From the NCBI RefSeq assembly GCF_963921235.1, contig NC_086097.1, forward strand, positions 226,240,001 through 226,304,000: a stretch of DNA of 64,000 nucleotides. Direction: 5' to 3'. This stretch comes from Mobula hypostoma (taxonomy: Eukaryota). Positions 34,758 through 47,725 of the stretch are shown here, piece after piece; position 1 is the first letter of the stretch; every line of letters begins with the position of its first letter. A program made the translations under genes and the position numbers. The notes below the pieces were generated by a model. That model ran no database searches and was not told the DNA's origin. It saw nothing but the letters and a program-made list of their open reading frames with translations.

Positions 34758-37227
34758 CTACATGCCAGTGATCTTAAAGCTGATTCTGATTCTGAAGGTG
34801 TTGGACTTTGGTATGTTCATAACATTTTAAAAGGTCTCTGGATAAATATTTGAATAAAAGTGTACAGAGCATGTGCTGAAAAATGGGATTGGTGTATGGA
34901 CAGGTACTTGATGATTGGCACAGGCATAGTGGGCTTTGGGGCCTGTATCTATGCTGTGTGACACTGTGACTTTACACATACCTACCAGGCTGACATCTTA
35001 GCAGCTATGTGCAGAGGCTCTGACATGTGGCCGAAATCGAAGTTTTCTGGCTCAGAGCTGAGAATGCTACCAATTGACTTGGGTTCATATCGCTAAATGC
35101 TGATTAGATGTTATTTGAACTACCTGTATCATGGGGCCGTGAGGTGGTTCCTTTACACTCCAGCACTTGCTAAAAAATTTGCAAAGTAGGTTTTCAATGA
35201 TACCGAATGAGACATTGTGTCCTTGTATGGAATTGTCCCATTGGCACGGGGCCTTACACAGTTTCACGTCTGCTTCAGTTGCGTTATTTTGTGAGTTTGA
35301 ACTCAGGTGTTTATAGCTAAACCACTGACCTCCTTAAAGTTCTTGTGTCCCAAAATAACAAAGAAGGCCAAAATTATCAGCAGTCAGAAATGATAGTATG
35401 AACGGTTAATAGTGTAAGGGTAAAGAGAAAAGTGAAATAAATCAGAATAAAATTTGAGAGAGAAACCGGCAAATAATTCACTAACCTCCATCATGCGTTA
35501 TCACTATCCTACACACTATCATAATCTTCCTCTAGACTCTGTGAAGACTGCATCAAGGTTGAAAATGAATTAGTTATACCAAAGTTGGTCCAAAATACCT
35601 TTAAACAATAGGGCTGTTTCCAATTCCTATCACATCAAAGTGAAAAAAAATGCTTGAAATGATTATGATGACTTGTAATGTACTTAGATCATAGTGACCT
35701 GAAGTTGGCACATCAAGGGGTGAGTATAGATAAGTCAAGGTGAAGCAATAGCTTGTCACAAGCTAGTTGCATGGCTTCGGAAGCATATCTAAATGCCATT
35801 ATTATGTTGGTCAAACTGACTTCTAGCATCAACTTCCTTTAACTGATTGTGTGGATTGATGCTCTGTAGATTTTTTTTATACCTTCTGCTTGAAAGATCA
35901 AACAGCAAAATAATGTTGCTCTCTTTCAGGAAGGACGGAACACACTTGTCTGTGGGGCCTAAAGCCTTGTACAGTTTTCCTCTGTGTGTGATGATAGTTC
36001 TGAAAGCATTTGATAGACAAGTTTTTAGAATATTTTTCTGTCTTAGCGAGCCTGTCTTCAAGGGCAATGGATTAATTGCAGTGCACTAACATTGTTCTTT
36101 TTCATTGATGTATCTACACAGTCCAGCCTACAACACAAGGGGAACTGTAGCCTGCAGACCGAACCATGAGCCCACCCTTCTGGCCACACAACTAAGAACT
36201 GGGCTCAAAGGAAACTTGAGGTAGAGATAAGCCAACGGTGGACTGCTGTTCCTCAGAAAAATGTTCCCTTTAAGTTTGATTCCTATGGGAGCATAAAATT
36301 AATGAATTATTTTTATGAAAAGACTTGGTATATGAAAGTCTTTTTTATTTCATTTTTCAGTGCTTACCCTGCTGTTACTCATCACTTTTAACTGACTAAA
36401 CTTAGTTCCCACAACTTCTATCCCTTCCTTTATTCTCCCATTAAACAAAACTGTTTGGTGGTGTTCTACTCTGCCAGCATGACTTCCCCCTTCATTTGCA
36501 TACTCCATCAATTTTCCATATGTCCTCCAATTTGTCCTTTGATTCATTGGACCACCTGTAGGCATTATTAAATTACTTGTACAATTCATCTCAGCTTCCC
36601 TTGACCATTTTATCTTAGTTGATTACAAAGATCCATACTTAATGTGATCAAACTCTGTCATAAGCCATCTGTCTGCAGTGACTCCTGATTGTGCTTCAGC
36701 ATTTGCAACTTCCTGTAAGACAAAATTCAGTGTATATGTTTCTGATTTTCTCAGTATATATGTTATTGGCAACTGTCCAAACCTTCCTCTTCTTCAGGTA
36801 TCCCACTTAGATGCTTTAGCTGAAGAACAGGATGAACTGTAATATATGCCTCAAGGTGAAATGTAGCATATTCTTTTTTCTTTAATACTCAGTTATCTTG
36901 TCATCTTTGGCATGTTTTTATTACTTCACACAGTAGTATATCTTCCATTCCTTTAAGTGACTTGTGATACCCAATGCAGCCCTATAAAATAAGCACCAAT
37001 AGTCAGGCTCATAGAATCACACAACCTAGATATACTGTAAAGTAGAAGTTTGCAAAGTGCAGATAGTGATCAATAGATGGGTCAAGGGATATTTAAAAAA
37101 AATGGGTCAGCAAAATGCATCAGACAGAGGTCAGTAGTGCGGGGTCCAAGGAAAGTAGGTAACAAGCAGGTAAACTGTTTGATCCATCTCTATCCTGGTT
37201 ACAAGGACAAGTGACATTTACAAGGAC

Positions 37228-37550
37228 AGGTGTGGAAAATGGCCCGAGGGTCACAGGGGACCCAAGTCATCCCAACCACAATTTATTCCAGCTGCTACCA
37301 TCCGGTAAGCGATACTGCAGAATAAAAGCCAGGACCAACAGGCTCCGGGACAGTTTCTTCCACCAGACTATCACACTGATAAACTCACACTGATCTGAGT
37401 GTATTCTATATTACATTAATTGTTCTATTTATTATAAATTATTATAAATTAGTATGATTTCACATGGCACATTTAGAGAGAGATGTAACATAAAGATTTT
37501 TACTCCTCATGTATGTGAAGGATATAAAAAATAAAGTCAATTCAATTCAA
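37228..37550 (+). mobile_element. Rex1-type 3' end
   Basis: DPSHPNHNLFQLLPSGKRYCRIKARTNRLRDSFF; (ttcaa)n tail. Confidence 0.85.
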
Positions 37551-38088
37551 CTCTAAACCACCCCACTCAAGTGATATGTAACAGTGAAATACGCATGAAG
37601 TTTAATTTTCTTATGGCACTAACCTTTCATGGTTTGAGCAAAGTGATTGTACGTGGGATTAGGTTTATCATCAGCTGGGTATTTTTTTTGGATCGGGACT
37701 ACAGAGCATCGTGGGAGCTGAATTCTGAAGCAAGGCGTATTTTTTAAAAACTTCTTCAACTGCAAGAAGGGCAAGACTGCGCAGGCGCATGACATCAACA
37801 GGACCGCGCGGAGAGTTTAAAAAGGAGACCGCCCTATACAGCGGGCAGTGGAGTGAGTGGGAGCAGAGTGTAGGGCTTTGGCTGCAACAGGCTTCGACGG
37901 TAAATGGGAAGAGGCGAGAACAAAGCACCAACTCTTTTTTTCTCCCCACCCCCACTTCGTGAATCAGCCCGGACAGACAGGAACAGCAGGGCTCTCACAG
38001 CTAACGGTTCAAAAAGCTCATCTGTTTGGCGAGGTAAGTGGGTGAGTAGACTTATTTTTCCTGTTTCATTCCTGTAGAATTAGATAGC

Positions 38089-38996
38089 ATGCCTGCAGGG
38101 TTAGTGCTTTGTTCAGGGTGTCAGATGTGGGAATCTTGGGAGACCTCCAGCCTCCCTGATGGCCACATCTGCACCAGGTGCACCGAGATGCAGCTCCTCA
38201 GAGACCGTGTTAGGGATCTGGAGCTGCAGCTTGATGACCTACTGCTTATTAGGGAAAGTGAAGAGGTGATAGACAGGAGCTACAGGGAGGTAGTCATCCC
38301 TAGGCTACAGGGGTCAGAAAACTGGGTCACTGTCAAGAGAGGGAAGGGAAATGCCTGGATAGTGGAGAGCACACCTGTGGCTGTCCCACTCAGCAACAAA
38401 TATATTGTTCTGGATGCTGTTGAGGGGGATGACCTGACAGGGGATGCCCACGGTGACCGGGTCTCTGGCACTGTTGTGCAGGAGGGAAGGAGGGAGAAGA
38501 GAAATGCGGTAGTCATAGGGGATTCCATAGTCAGGGGAACAGACAGGAGATTCTGTGAGCCTGACAGAGATACCCACATGGTGTCAGGGTACGGGATGTC
38601 TCAGATCAGGTCCTGAATATTCTAAAGGGGGAGGGTGAGCAGCCAGTTGTCTTGGTACATGTTGGTACCAATGACATAGATAGGACAAAGGAGGAGGTCC
38701 TGAAGAGAGATTTCCAGAAGTTAGGAAGGAAGCTGAGAAGCAGGACCTCCAGGGTAGTAATCTCGGGATTGCTACCTGTGCCACGTGCTAGCGAGGTCAA
38801 GAATATTCAGATCAGGCAGATGAATGCATGGCTGAGAGACTGGTGTAGGGGGCAGGGCTTCAGATTCTTGGATAATTGGGATCTCTTCTGGGGAAAGTAT
38901 GACCTGTTCAAAAAGGACAGGTTACACCTGAACCCAAAGGGGACCAATATCCTGGCAGGAAAGTTTAACAGAGCTGTTAGGGAGGGTTTAAACTAA
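38089..38996 (+). pseudogene. CR1 ORF1: Cys zinc finger/leucine zipper plus SGNH (GDSL) esterase; frameshifted near 38583
   Basis: CSGCQMW...CTRC...VRDLELQL; VIGDSIVRG; VHVGTND; DRLHLN. Confidence 0.9.
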
Positions 38997-39169
38997 TTTG
39001 GCAGGGGGATGGGAACCGGAATGATAGAGTGGAGGAAGGGGAAAACAGAAATAAATCTAAGATAGTGAGCAGTAAAGATGTCAGGAAAGACAGGCAGGTG
39101 ATGGGGCAAATTTGTAGCCATTGGGATGAGTTGCAGTGCAATAAAGTTGCAGTGAAATCAAAGCGAAAA

Positions 39170-41880
39170 GCATCAAATACCAGTCTTAAGGTGTTATACT
39201 TAAATACACGCAACATAAGGAATAAGGTGGATGATCTTGTTGTACAGCTACAGATTGGCAGGCAGAGGGGGAGGCGTGGCTTTATTGGTAACAAATGATA
39301 TAAAATCATTAGAAAGGGGTGATATAGGATCGGAAGGTGCAGAATCTTTATGGGTTGAGCTAAGAAATCGCAGGGGTAAAAGGACCCTGATGGCAGTTAT
39401 TTATAGGCCTCGAAACAGCTGCAGGGATGTGGACTACAAATTACAACTGGAAATAGAAAAGGCTTGTCAGAAGGGCAGTGTTATGATAATTGTGGGGGAT
39501 TTTAACATGCGAGTAGATTGGGAAAATCAGGTCAGTTCTGGATCTCAAGAGAGAGAATTTGTAGAATGTCTGCAAGATGGCTTTTTAGAACAGCTTGTTG
39601 TTGAGCCCACTAGGGGATCGGCTGTACTGGATTGGGTATTGTGTAATGAACCGGAGGTGATTAGAGAGACTGAGGTGAAGGAACCCTTAGGAGGCAGTGA
39701 TCATAACATGATTGAGTTCACTGTGAAATTAGAAAAAGAGAAGCTGAAATCTGATGTGTCGGTATTTCAGTGGAGTAAAGGAAATTACAGTGGCATGAGA
39801 GAGGAACTGGCCAAAGTTGACTGGAAGGGGACACTGGCAGGAAAGACAGCAGAGCAGCAGTGGCTGGAGTTTATGTGAGAAATGAAGAAGGTGCAAGACA
39901 GGTATATTCCAAAGAAGAAGAAATTTTTGAGTGGAAAAAGGATGCAACCGTGGTTGACAAGAGAAGTCAAAGCCAAAGTTAAAGCAAAAGAGAGGGCATA
40001 CAAGGAATCAAAAATTAGTGGGAAGACAGAGGATTGGGAAGTTTTTAAAACCTTACAAAAGGAAACAAGAAGGTCATTAAGAGAGAAAAGATTAACTATG
40101 AAAGGAAGCTAGCAAATAATATCAAAGAGGATATTAAAAGCTTTTTCAAGTATATAAAGAGTAAAAGACAGGTGAGAGTAGATATAGGATCGATAGAAAA
40201 TGATGCTGGAGAAATTGTAATGGGAGATAAGGAGATGGCAGAGGAAGTGAAGAAGTATTTTGCATCAGTCTTCACTGAGGAAGACATCAGCAGTATACCA
40301 GACAATCAAGGGTGGCAGGGAAGAGATGTGTGCGCAGTCACAATTACGACAGAGAAAGTACTCAGGAAGCTGAATAGTCTAAAGGTAGATAAATCTCCCA
40401 GACCAGATGGAATGCACCCTTGTGTTCTGAATGAAGTAGCTATGGAGATTGCAGAGGCATTAGCGATGATCTTTCAAAAGTCGATAGATTCTGGCATGGT
40501 TCCAGAAGACTGGAAGATTGCAAATGTCACTCTGCTATTTAAGAAGGAGGCAAGGAAGCAAAAAGGAAATTATAGACCTGCTAGCTTAACATCGGTGGTT
40601 GGGAAGTTGTTGGAGTTGATTGTCAAGGATGAGGTTACAGAGTACCTGGAGGCATATGACAAGATAGGCAGAAGTCAGCATGGATTCCTTAAAGGAAAAT
40701 CCTGCCTGACAAACCTATTACAATTTTTTGAGGAAATTACCAGTAGGCTAGACAAGGGAGATGCAGTGGATGTTGTATATTTGGATTTTCAGAAGGCCTT
40801 TGACAAGGTGCCACACGTGAGGCTACTTAACAAGATAAGAGCCCATGGAATTACAGGAAAGTTACATATGTGGATAGAGCGTTGGCTGATTGGCAGGAAA
40901 CAGAGAGTGGGAATAAAGGCATCCAATTCTGGTTGGCTGCCGGTTACCAGTGGTGTTCCACAGGAGTCAGTGTTGGGGCCGCTTCTTTTTACATTGTACA
41001 TCAACGATTTGGATTATGGAATAGATGGCTTTGTGGCTAAGTTTGCTGACGATATGAAGATAGGTGGAGGGGCCGGTAGTGCTGAGGAAACGGAGAGTCT
41101 GCAGAGAGACTTGGATAGATTGGAAAAATGGGCAGAGAAGTGGCAAATGAAGTGCAGTGTTGGAAAGTGTATGGTTATGCACTTTGGCAGAAAAAATAAA
41201 CAGGTAGAGTATTATTAAATGGGGAAAGAATTCAAAGTTCTGAGATGCAATGGGACTTGGGAGTCCTCGTACAGGATACCTTTAAAGTTAACTTCCAGGT
41301 TGAGTCAGTAGTGAAGAAGGCGAATGCAATGTTGGCATTCATTTCTAGAGGAATAGAGTATAGGAGCAGGGATGTGATGTTGAGGCTCTATAAGGCGCTG
41401 GTGAGGATTCACGTGGAGTACTGTGGGCAGTTTTGGTCTCCTTATTTAAGAAAGGATGTGCTGACGTTGGAGAGGGTACAGAGAAGATTCACTAGAATGA
41501 TTCCGGGAATGAGAGGGTTAACATATGAGGAACGTTTGTCTGCTCTTGGACTGTATTCCTTGGAGTTTAGAAAAATGAGGGGAGACCTCATAGAAACATT
41601 TCGAATGTTGAAAGGAGTGGACAGAGTGGATGTGGCAAAGTTGTTTCCCATGATGGGGGAGGCTAGTATGAGAGGGCATGACTTAAGGATTGAAGGGCAC
41701 CCATTCAGAACAGAAATACGAAGAAATTTTTTTAGTCAGAGGTTGGTGAATCTGTGGAATTTGTTGCCACGGGCAGCAGTGGAGGTCAAGTCATTGGGTG
41801 TATTTAAGGCAGAGATTGATAGGTATCTGAGTAGCCAGGGCATCAAAGGTTATGGTGAGAAGGCGGGGGAGTGGGACTAA
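39170..41880 (+). pseudogene. CR1 ORF2: APE endonuclease plus reverse transcriptase, with a deletion, stops and frameshifts
   Basis: YLNTRNIRNK, GGGVAL, VGDFN, LDWVL, SDHNMI; YRPASLTS, QHGF, LDFQKAFD, GVPQESVLGP, FADD; stops at 39876 and 41216. Confidence 0.93.
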
Positions 41881-42954
41881 ATGGGAGAATGGATCAGCTC
41901 ATGATAAAATGGCGGAGCAGACTCGATGGGCCGAATGGCCTACTTCTGCTCCTTTGTCTTATGGTCTTATGGTCTTGTTATTGGGTCACACGGATGGATC
42001 CATTTGATTAACAAAAATCAAGATTCTAGATCTAAGATATTTATTGTTATTTCTGCAGTATTCAAGTGTAAAGGAGAGCAAAATGACTGTTATTCTGGCT
42101 CTGATACAGCATTAAAAAACACACAATAAATAACATGATTGAAGTCTCCTCTATGAATTGCCAATTGAAATTATGAGTCAATTGAAAAATGTTTGTAAAC
42201 TTCTGTACTAAAAGGCTGTTGAATGAAGTTCACAATGTCCCGAAGTTTCTTATGTGAAGTTACTAAAAAGATCACCATGTATATTGAAATAATTTTGAAC
42301 CACTTCATATGTAGGATCTCCCAAGCTGTGTGAACACTCTGTCTTCAAATTTAACTTGGTGAGAAAAATAGGAAAATGGAAACTACCATTGTTAGAAGAA
42401 AAATCTCTTTCTCTTCAGAAACCAATGACTCATGATTTCACACACACCATCCCCTCTCTGAACATTAGCCATATGATATATTTTCCACAAGTGAGTCTCG
42501 ACAATGGAGATGTTCAACCACAGGAGACATGAAGGCAACCTCTCTCATGCCCTCTACTATCATCTACATTTGTACTTTTCAGGAGGAACCACTGTTGACA
42601 ATTCAAAGCAAGTCTGCTGCCTAGAATTTCTCTTCTTAGCCTTTATAAATCCAGTTTAATATGGCTAAAAGAACCATGCCCCTTATTTTTACAAAAATGT
42701 GCCATTTTAACCTATTAATGTGATGGACATGTTCTCTGCCTCCTAAAATTGAACTGATTGAAGTCAGCAATAATGCCTTCCCTTTGTCAGAATCTTTGTC
42801 AAAAGCTTCACCAGAACTTACAATTTTAACTGAAATGTTAACTGTTTCTCTTTCCATGGATGATATCTGACCTTTAGAGTGTTTCTTTTTTTATATCAGA
42901 ATTCCCACATGGGGGTGTTTTTGATTTTCATCCTTGGCACTCCTGAGACCCATT

Positions 42955-43212
42955 GCATGGTTCGGTAGAGTAGTGGCTTGTGCAATGTTTCACAGAGCCA
43001 GCTGTAAGTTTGGGGTTTGATTCCTGCCGCAGTCTGGAAACTGCTTGCGTGTTCTCCCTGTAACTGCATGGATTTCCTCTCAGTGCTCTGGTTTCCTCCC
43101 GTATCCAAAAACTATGGGAAGGGTTAGGGTTGGTAAGTTGTGGGCATGCTCTGTTGGTGCCGGAAGCATCGTGACACTTCTGGGCTGCCCTCAGCACATA
43201 CTCGGACTGTAC
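42955..43212 (+). mobile_element. tRNA-derived V-SINE-like SINE
   Basis: ggtagagtagtgg A-box-like, ggtttgattcc B-box-like, and gtgctctggtttcctccc V-domain-like motif. Confidence 0.7.
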
Positions 43213-44082
43213 AGATCGTGATCATATGTTCAGATCGTTGCGACAATTAAGGCTAATATTTTGATCTGAACATATGATCACCTGAGAGAGCCACAGAGTC
43301 ATAGAAAAGTACAGCACAGGAACAGACCCTTTGGCCCATCTAGTCCATGCTGAGCCATTTAAACCGTCTACTTGCATCGACCTGCACTGGGACCATAGAC
43401 CCAATACCAAGCCCCCAGTCAGAGAGGCAACCATCTCCTAGCACTCTCTGACTTCTCCCAGAAAGCCAGTGTCAAATCTAATTTACTACCTCACCTTGAA
43501 TGCCAAGCGACTTGACATCCTTGACCAACCTCCCATGCAGGACCTTGTCAAATGCCTTGCTAAAGACCATGAAGACAACATTGACTGCCTTTCCTTCATC
43601 AACTTTCCTGGTAACTTCCCCAAAAAACTCTATAAGATTGTGTGACACAACCTACCACACACAAAGCTATGCTGGCTACCCTTTATCTGTCCGTATTTAT
43701 CCAAATACTTAGTAATCCCCTGGTTAAGATTTCTACTGCAATGCTGTAGGTACAGTGAAACCCCGATTTTATGCGCCCCGATTTAACGTGAATTTGGATA
43801 TAACTTGATGAGTTATTGGACTCCATGTCCATGTCAATCCGTACTCCCGCTTCTCCAGCCCTGTATCCTTTTTGCCAATCAACTTCCCAGCTCTTGGCTT
43901 CATCCCTCCCCCTCCTGTCTTCTCTTATCATTTCGGGTCTCTCCCTCCCCCTCCCACTTTCAAATCTCTTACTATCTCTTTTTTCCATTAGTCCTGACGA
44001 AGGGTCTTGACCAGATACTGCCTGGCCTGCTGCATTCCACCAGCATTTTGTGTGAGTCACTGGACCTTTTTCTTTTGCTTAA

Positions 44083-44720
44083 AATGGAATAAACTGCTAG
44101 AAAAAGAAAATCTTTTGCTGTGAAAGATAAGCTTCACGCACGTGACGTGATCAACACTAAAAGTCAAACTCAAGTTGCACGAGACCTCGGGATACCAGAA
44201 TCAACACTTTGTGGCTGGAAATCTCACGAAGAAAAGTTACGTGCGTTGCTTTGCAAAGTTGAAGAAGAAGCAGGACTAAAAGCCAAACGCCTGAAGACAG
44301 CCGAAGATGTCAGCCTCGATGACTCCCTGTACGAGTGGTTCATTGTTGTTTTGTGTAAACAAGATTGGAACACATAAGTTAAAACCACTCATGATTGACA
44401 AATCTCGCTCGCCCCACTGTTTCCACCATGTCAACATGAAGTCGTTACCGTTCGAGTACATGCACAGCAGCAATGCTTGGATGACAAACATCATCTTCAT
44501 CCCTCCCCCTCGTGTCTTCTCCTATCATTTCGGAACTCCCCCCCCCTCTCAAATCTCTCACTAGCTCTTCTTTCAGTTAGTCCTGACGAAGGGTCTCAGC
44601 CCGAAACGTCGGCTGTACCTCTTCCTAGAGATGCTGCCTGGCCTGCTGCGTTCACCAGCAATTTTTATGTGTGTCATCTTTGAGGATTGGTTTCACAGAA
44701 CTTTTGTCCCTGCTCGATCA
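44083..44720 (+). pseudogene. Pogo/Tigger transposase remnant (CENP-B-type HTH joined to part of the DDE domain)
   Basis: RKRKSFAVKDKL...VARDLGIPESTL...LDDSLYEWF / GTHKLKPLMIDKSRSPHCF...SNAWMT..IFEDWF. Confidence 0.85.
44498..44673 (+). mobile_element. Penelope pLTR insertion with an intact hammerhead core (44579-44614)
   Basis: TSD tcatctt at 44491-44497 and 44674-44680; agtc-ctgacga-agggtctcagccc-gaaa-cgtc-ggct. Confidence 0.85.
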
Positions 44721-44905
44721 CTTTTTTAAGAAATAAACTGTAAATGATGATTGCAAATATTCTTGAATGTTTTTATTTGTTGATTTGTGTATTAAAAAGC
44801 TTTACTAAAAATTAATTTGTGTTTCAGTTTCTACAGTAACAACCACCCTGATTTAGCGCGACCCCGCTTTTTTCGCGATGATATTGCAAAAAAAATTGCG
44901 GACAC

Positions 44906-45344
44906 GCAATCAACAAACTCATTCATAAGGCCAGTGATGTTGTGGGGATGGAACTGGACTCTCTGACAGTGGTGTCTGAAAAGAGGATGCTGTCCAAGTT
45001 GCATGCCATCTTGGACAATGTCTCCCATCCACTACATAATGTACTGGTTGGGAACAGGAGTACATTCAGCCAGAGACTCATTCCACCAAGATACAACACA
45101 GAGCGTCATAGGAAGTCATTCCTGCCTGTGGCCATCAAACTTTACAACTCCTCCCTTGGAGGGTCAGACATCCTGAGCCAATAGGCTGGTCCTGGACTTA
45201 TTTCCTGGCATAATATACATATTACTATTTAACTATTTATGATTTTATTACTATTTAATTATTATGGTGCAACTGTAATGAAAACCAATTTCCCCTGGGA
45301 TCAATAAAGACTATGACTATGACTATGACTATGACTATGACTAT
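44906..45344 (+). mobile_element. Rex1-type 3' end, (GACTAT)n family
   Basis: Near-identical to 8655-9090. Confidence 0.9.
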
Positions 45345-46892
45345 ATTTTATGGACCCAAACGATCACATTACAATGGGGTTCCACTGTATTTCATTTTAG
45401 CAGTTTTCTACAAAAGCAGTGTGTCCTGCTGGTAGAAAGTTTTTGTTTCGGCTAGAGAAGACATGTTGTTCAACTTAGGAATGTTGTATCAGCCAATCAG
45501 GATGGTGGAATCTGGAGAAAATTCTAGAGGGAGCAGGGTAAAGAGAGTTTTGTGACAGACAGTAGTCTGGTTTGGGATCTCTTGGCGGAGCTGCAGAGTA
45601 GGGCAGAAGGGAAATTTCCACCCAAATGCTGTTGGAAGGAGTGTCACCATTGCAAGAAATGCTTTGTGCAGATGAATGGCTACGAGGAGGAAGGGCCAAT
45701 ATTCCTGAGAGAGAGCCATTTTGTTTGAGATGCACTCCAAGAGATGTTTGGAATGGGGCAGGTGCTTTCATGCAGACTGTGGGCCGAGCACTTGAGTAAA
45801 GAGATACACTGCTGACTACTCCAGAATGAACTCCAACAGTTATGTGCACATTGGACTGGTTTAACTGTAATGGGCTTTTCTTTTCTGCTTTTTATTCACT
45901 GATAAAGCTAAAATCGTTAAATATACTTCCTTTATAATTTTATGCTGTGTACGATCTGTTATTTCTTGTCGACTGTTAATTTTGCATGGGCAGTATTTAA
46001 ACAGCATTTGCTCAAATCGAGGTTCATTAATCAGAACATCACAACGTTCCTGCTTTGTCGAATCCCAGATCATTTTGACCCCAGACATATATTGTTCATA
46101 AAGGTGGCCTGCTCACCGCTGAGTCATGTGGCTGTTAGGTAAGTTACTTATCGAGCCAAGTTTGCATACAAGTCCGGTGAGAGGGTGACACTCATATATC
46201 CTGTCGCTTAGAATATCTTCCAATAATTTTCCCACTACTGATGTCAGGCTCACTGGCCTATAATTTCTTGGGGTTTTTTTTTAAGAGCATTTCTTAAACA
46301 GCATAACAACACTGGCTATCCTCCAATCGTCCAGTACCTCAGCTATTGCTAAAGATGATTTAAATATCTCTGCTAGGGCCCTGGAAATTTCTGCATTTGC
46401 CTCCCACGGGGTCCGAGGGAACACATTGTCAGGCCCTGGGGATTTACCCACCCTAATTTGCCTCAAGACAGCAAACACCTGCTCACCCGTAATCTGTACA
46501 GGGTCCATGAAGTTGATGCCATTTTGCCTCTCTTTTATAGACACGGTGTCTGTCTCCTTAGTAAATACAGATGCAAAAAAAAATGCATTTAGGATCTCCC
46601 CCATATCTTTAGGCTCAACGCATGGATTACCATTCTGATCTTCTTGATGACCAATTTTGTCTCTTGCAATCGCTTCGCTCATAACATATCTGTAGTATCC
46701 CTTAGGATTCTCCTTCTCCTTGTCTGCTAAGGCAACCTCATGCATTCTTTTAGCCCTCCTAATTTCTTTCTTTAGTGTTCTCTTGCATTTTTTGTACTCC
46801 ATAAGCACCTCATTTGTTACTATCGGCCTCTCTTTGCAATGCCCTGCTTCTTTTTTCTTAACCAAGGCCTCAATATCTTTTGAAATCCAAGG

Positions 46893-47725
46893 CTCAATAT
46901 CATTGCAAAGAAAGCATGACAATGCCTCTACTTCCCCAGGAGTCTGCAGAGATTCAGCATGCCACCAAAAACACTGACAAACTTCTATAGATGTGCAGTG
47001 GAAAGTGTGCTGAATGGCTGCATTACAGCCTGTATGGGAGCACCAATGTCTTTGAGTGGAAAATCCTACAATAGGTAGTGGATTTGGCCCAGTACAACTT
47101 GGGTAAAGACCTTCCAACCATTGAGCTCATATACATGAAACATTGCCCTCAAAAAGCAGCATCCATTATCAAATATTCTATCCACCCAGGCCATGTTCTT
47201 TTCTCGCTGCTGCCATCAGGTAGTAGGTACAAGTGCCTTGGGACTTGTACCACCAGGTTCAAGAACAGCTACCATTAACCATCAAGCTCTTGAACAAAAG
47301 GGAATAACTACACTCATTCTATTTCTGGTGTTTCCACAACCAATGGTCTCACTTTAAGGACTCTTATCCTGAGCCAATAGGCTGGTCCTGGACTTATTTC
47401 ATAATTTACTGGCATAATTTACATATTACTATTTAACTACTTATGGTTCTATTACTATTTATTATTTATGGACCAACTGTAATGAAAACCAATTTCCCCT
47501 GGGATCAATAAAGTATGACTATGACTATGACTTTACCTTGTTATTTCATGCATTTGCTATTTATTGCTATTTATTTATGTTTGCATTTGCACAGTTTATT
47601 GTTCATTAATCCTAATTACAGTTACTGTTCTATAGATTTCTTAAGTATGCCTGCAGGAAAAAGAATTTCAGGGTTGTATGTGGTGAGTCTGATAATAAAT
47701 TTTACTTTGAACATTGAACTTTGAA
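46893..47725 (+). mobile_element. Rex1-type 3' portion with a nested (GACTAT)n-family tail (47366-47533)
   Basis: KAASIIKYSIHPGHVLFSLLPSGSRYK; (tttgaac)n tail. Confidence 0.85.

Larger units (their letters stand above)
33445..34795 (+). mobile_element. Decayed Rex1-type RT, nested in an old CR1 (about 32870-34975)
   Basis: [35 protein letters not shown]; (tgattc)n tail near 34785; CR1 sequence on both flanks. Confidence 0.85.
37690..41977 (+). mobile_element. Near full-length CR1-clade LINE
   Basis: CpG-rich 5' UTR, ORF1, ORF2, 3' UTR and (atggtctt)n tail. Confidence 0.93.
43753..45387 (+). mobile_element. Tigger/pogo (Tc1-mariner) DNA transposon, internally deleted
   Basis: TA TSD; TIRs cagtgaaaccccgatt / aatggggttccactg; transposase remnants inside. 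Confidence 0.88.
43711..46190. mobile_element. Probable solo LTR interrupted by a Tigger/pogo element
   Basis: Non-CR1 sequence between contiguous CR1 halves; ends gtaatccc...gggtgaca; ctta/ctca possible TSD; CCAAT motif at 45493. Confidence 0.55.

Noticed and set aside
44120..44564. Domesticated TIGD/JRK-like host gene
   Set aside because: Flanked by TIRs and TA TSD, internally deleted, frameshifted and interrupted by a pLTR
46281..47117. 278-aa minus-strand ORF
   Set aside because: Chimera of antisense Rex1 sequence and a decayed CR1 ORF2 piece
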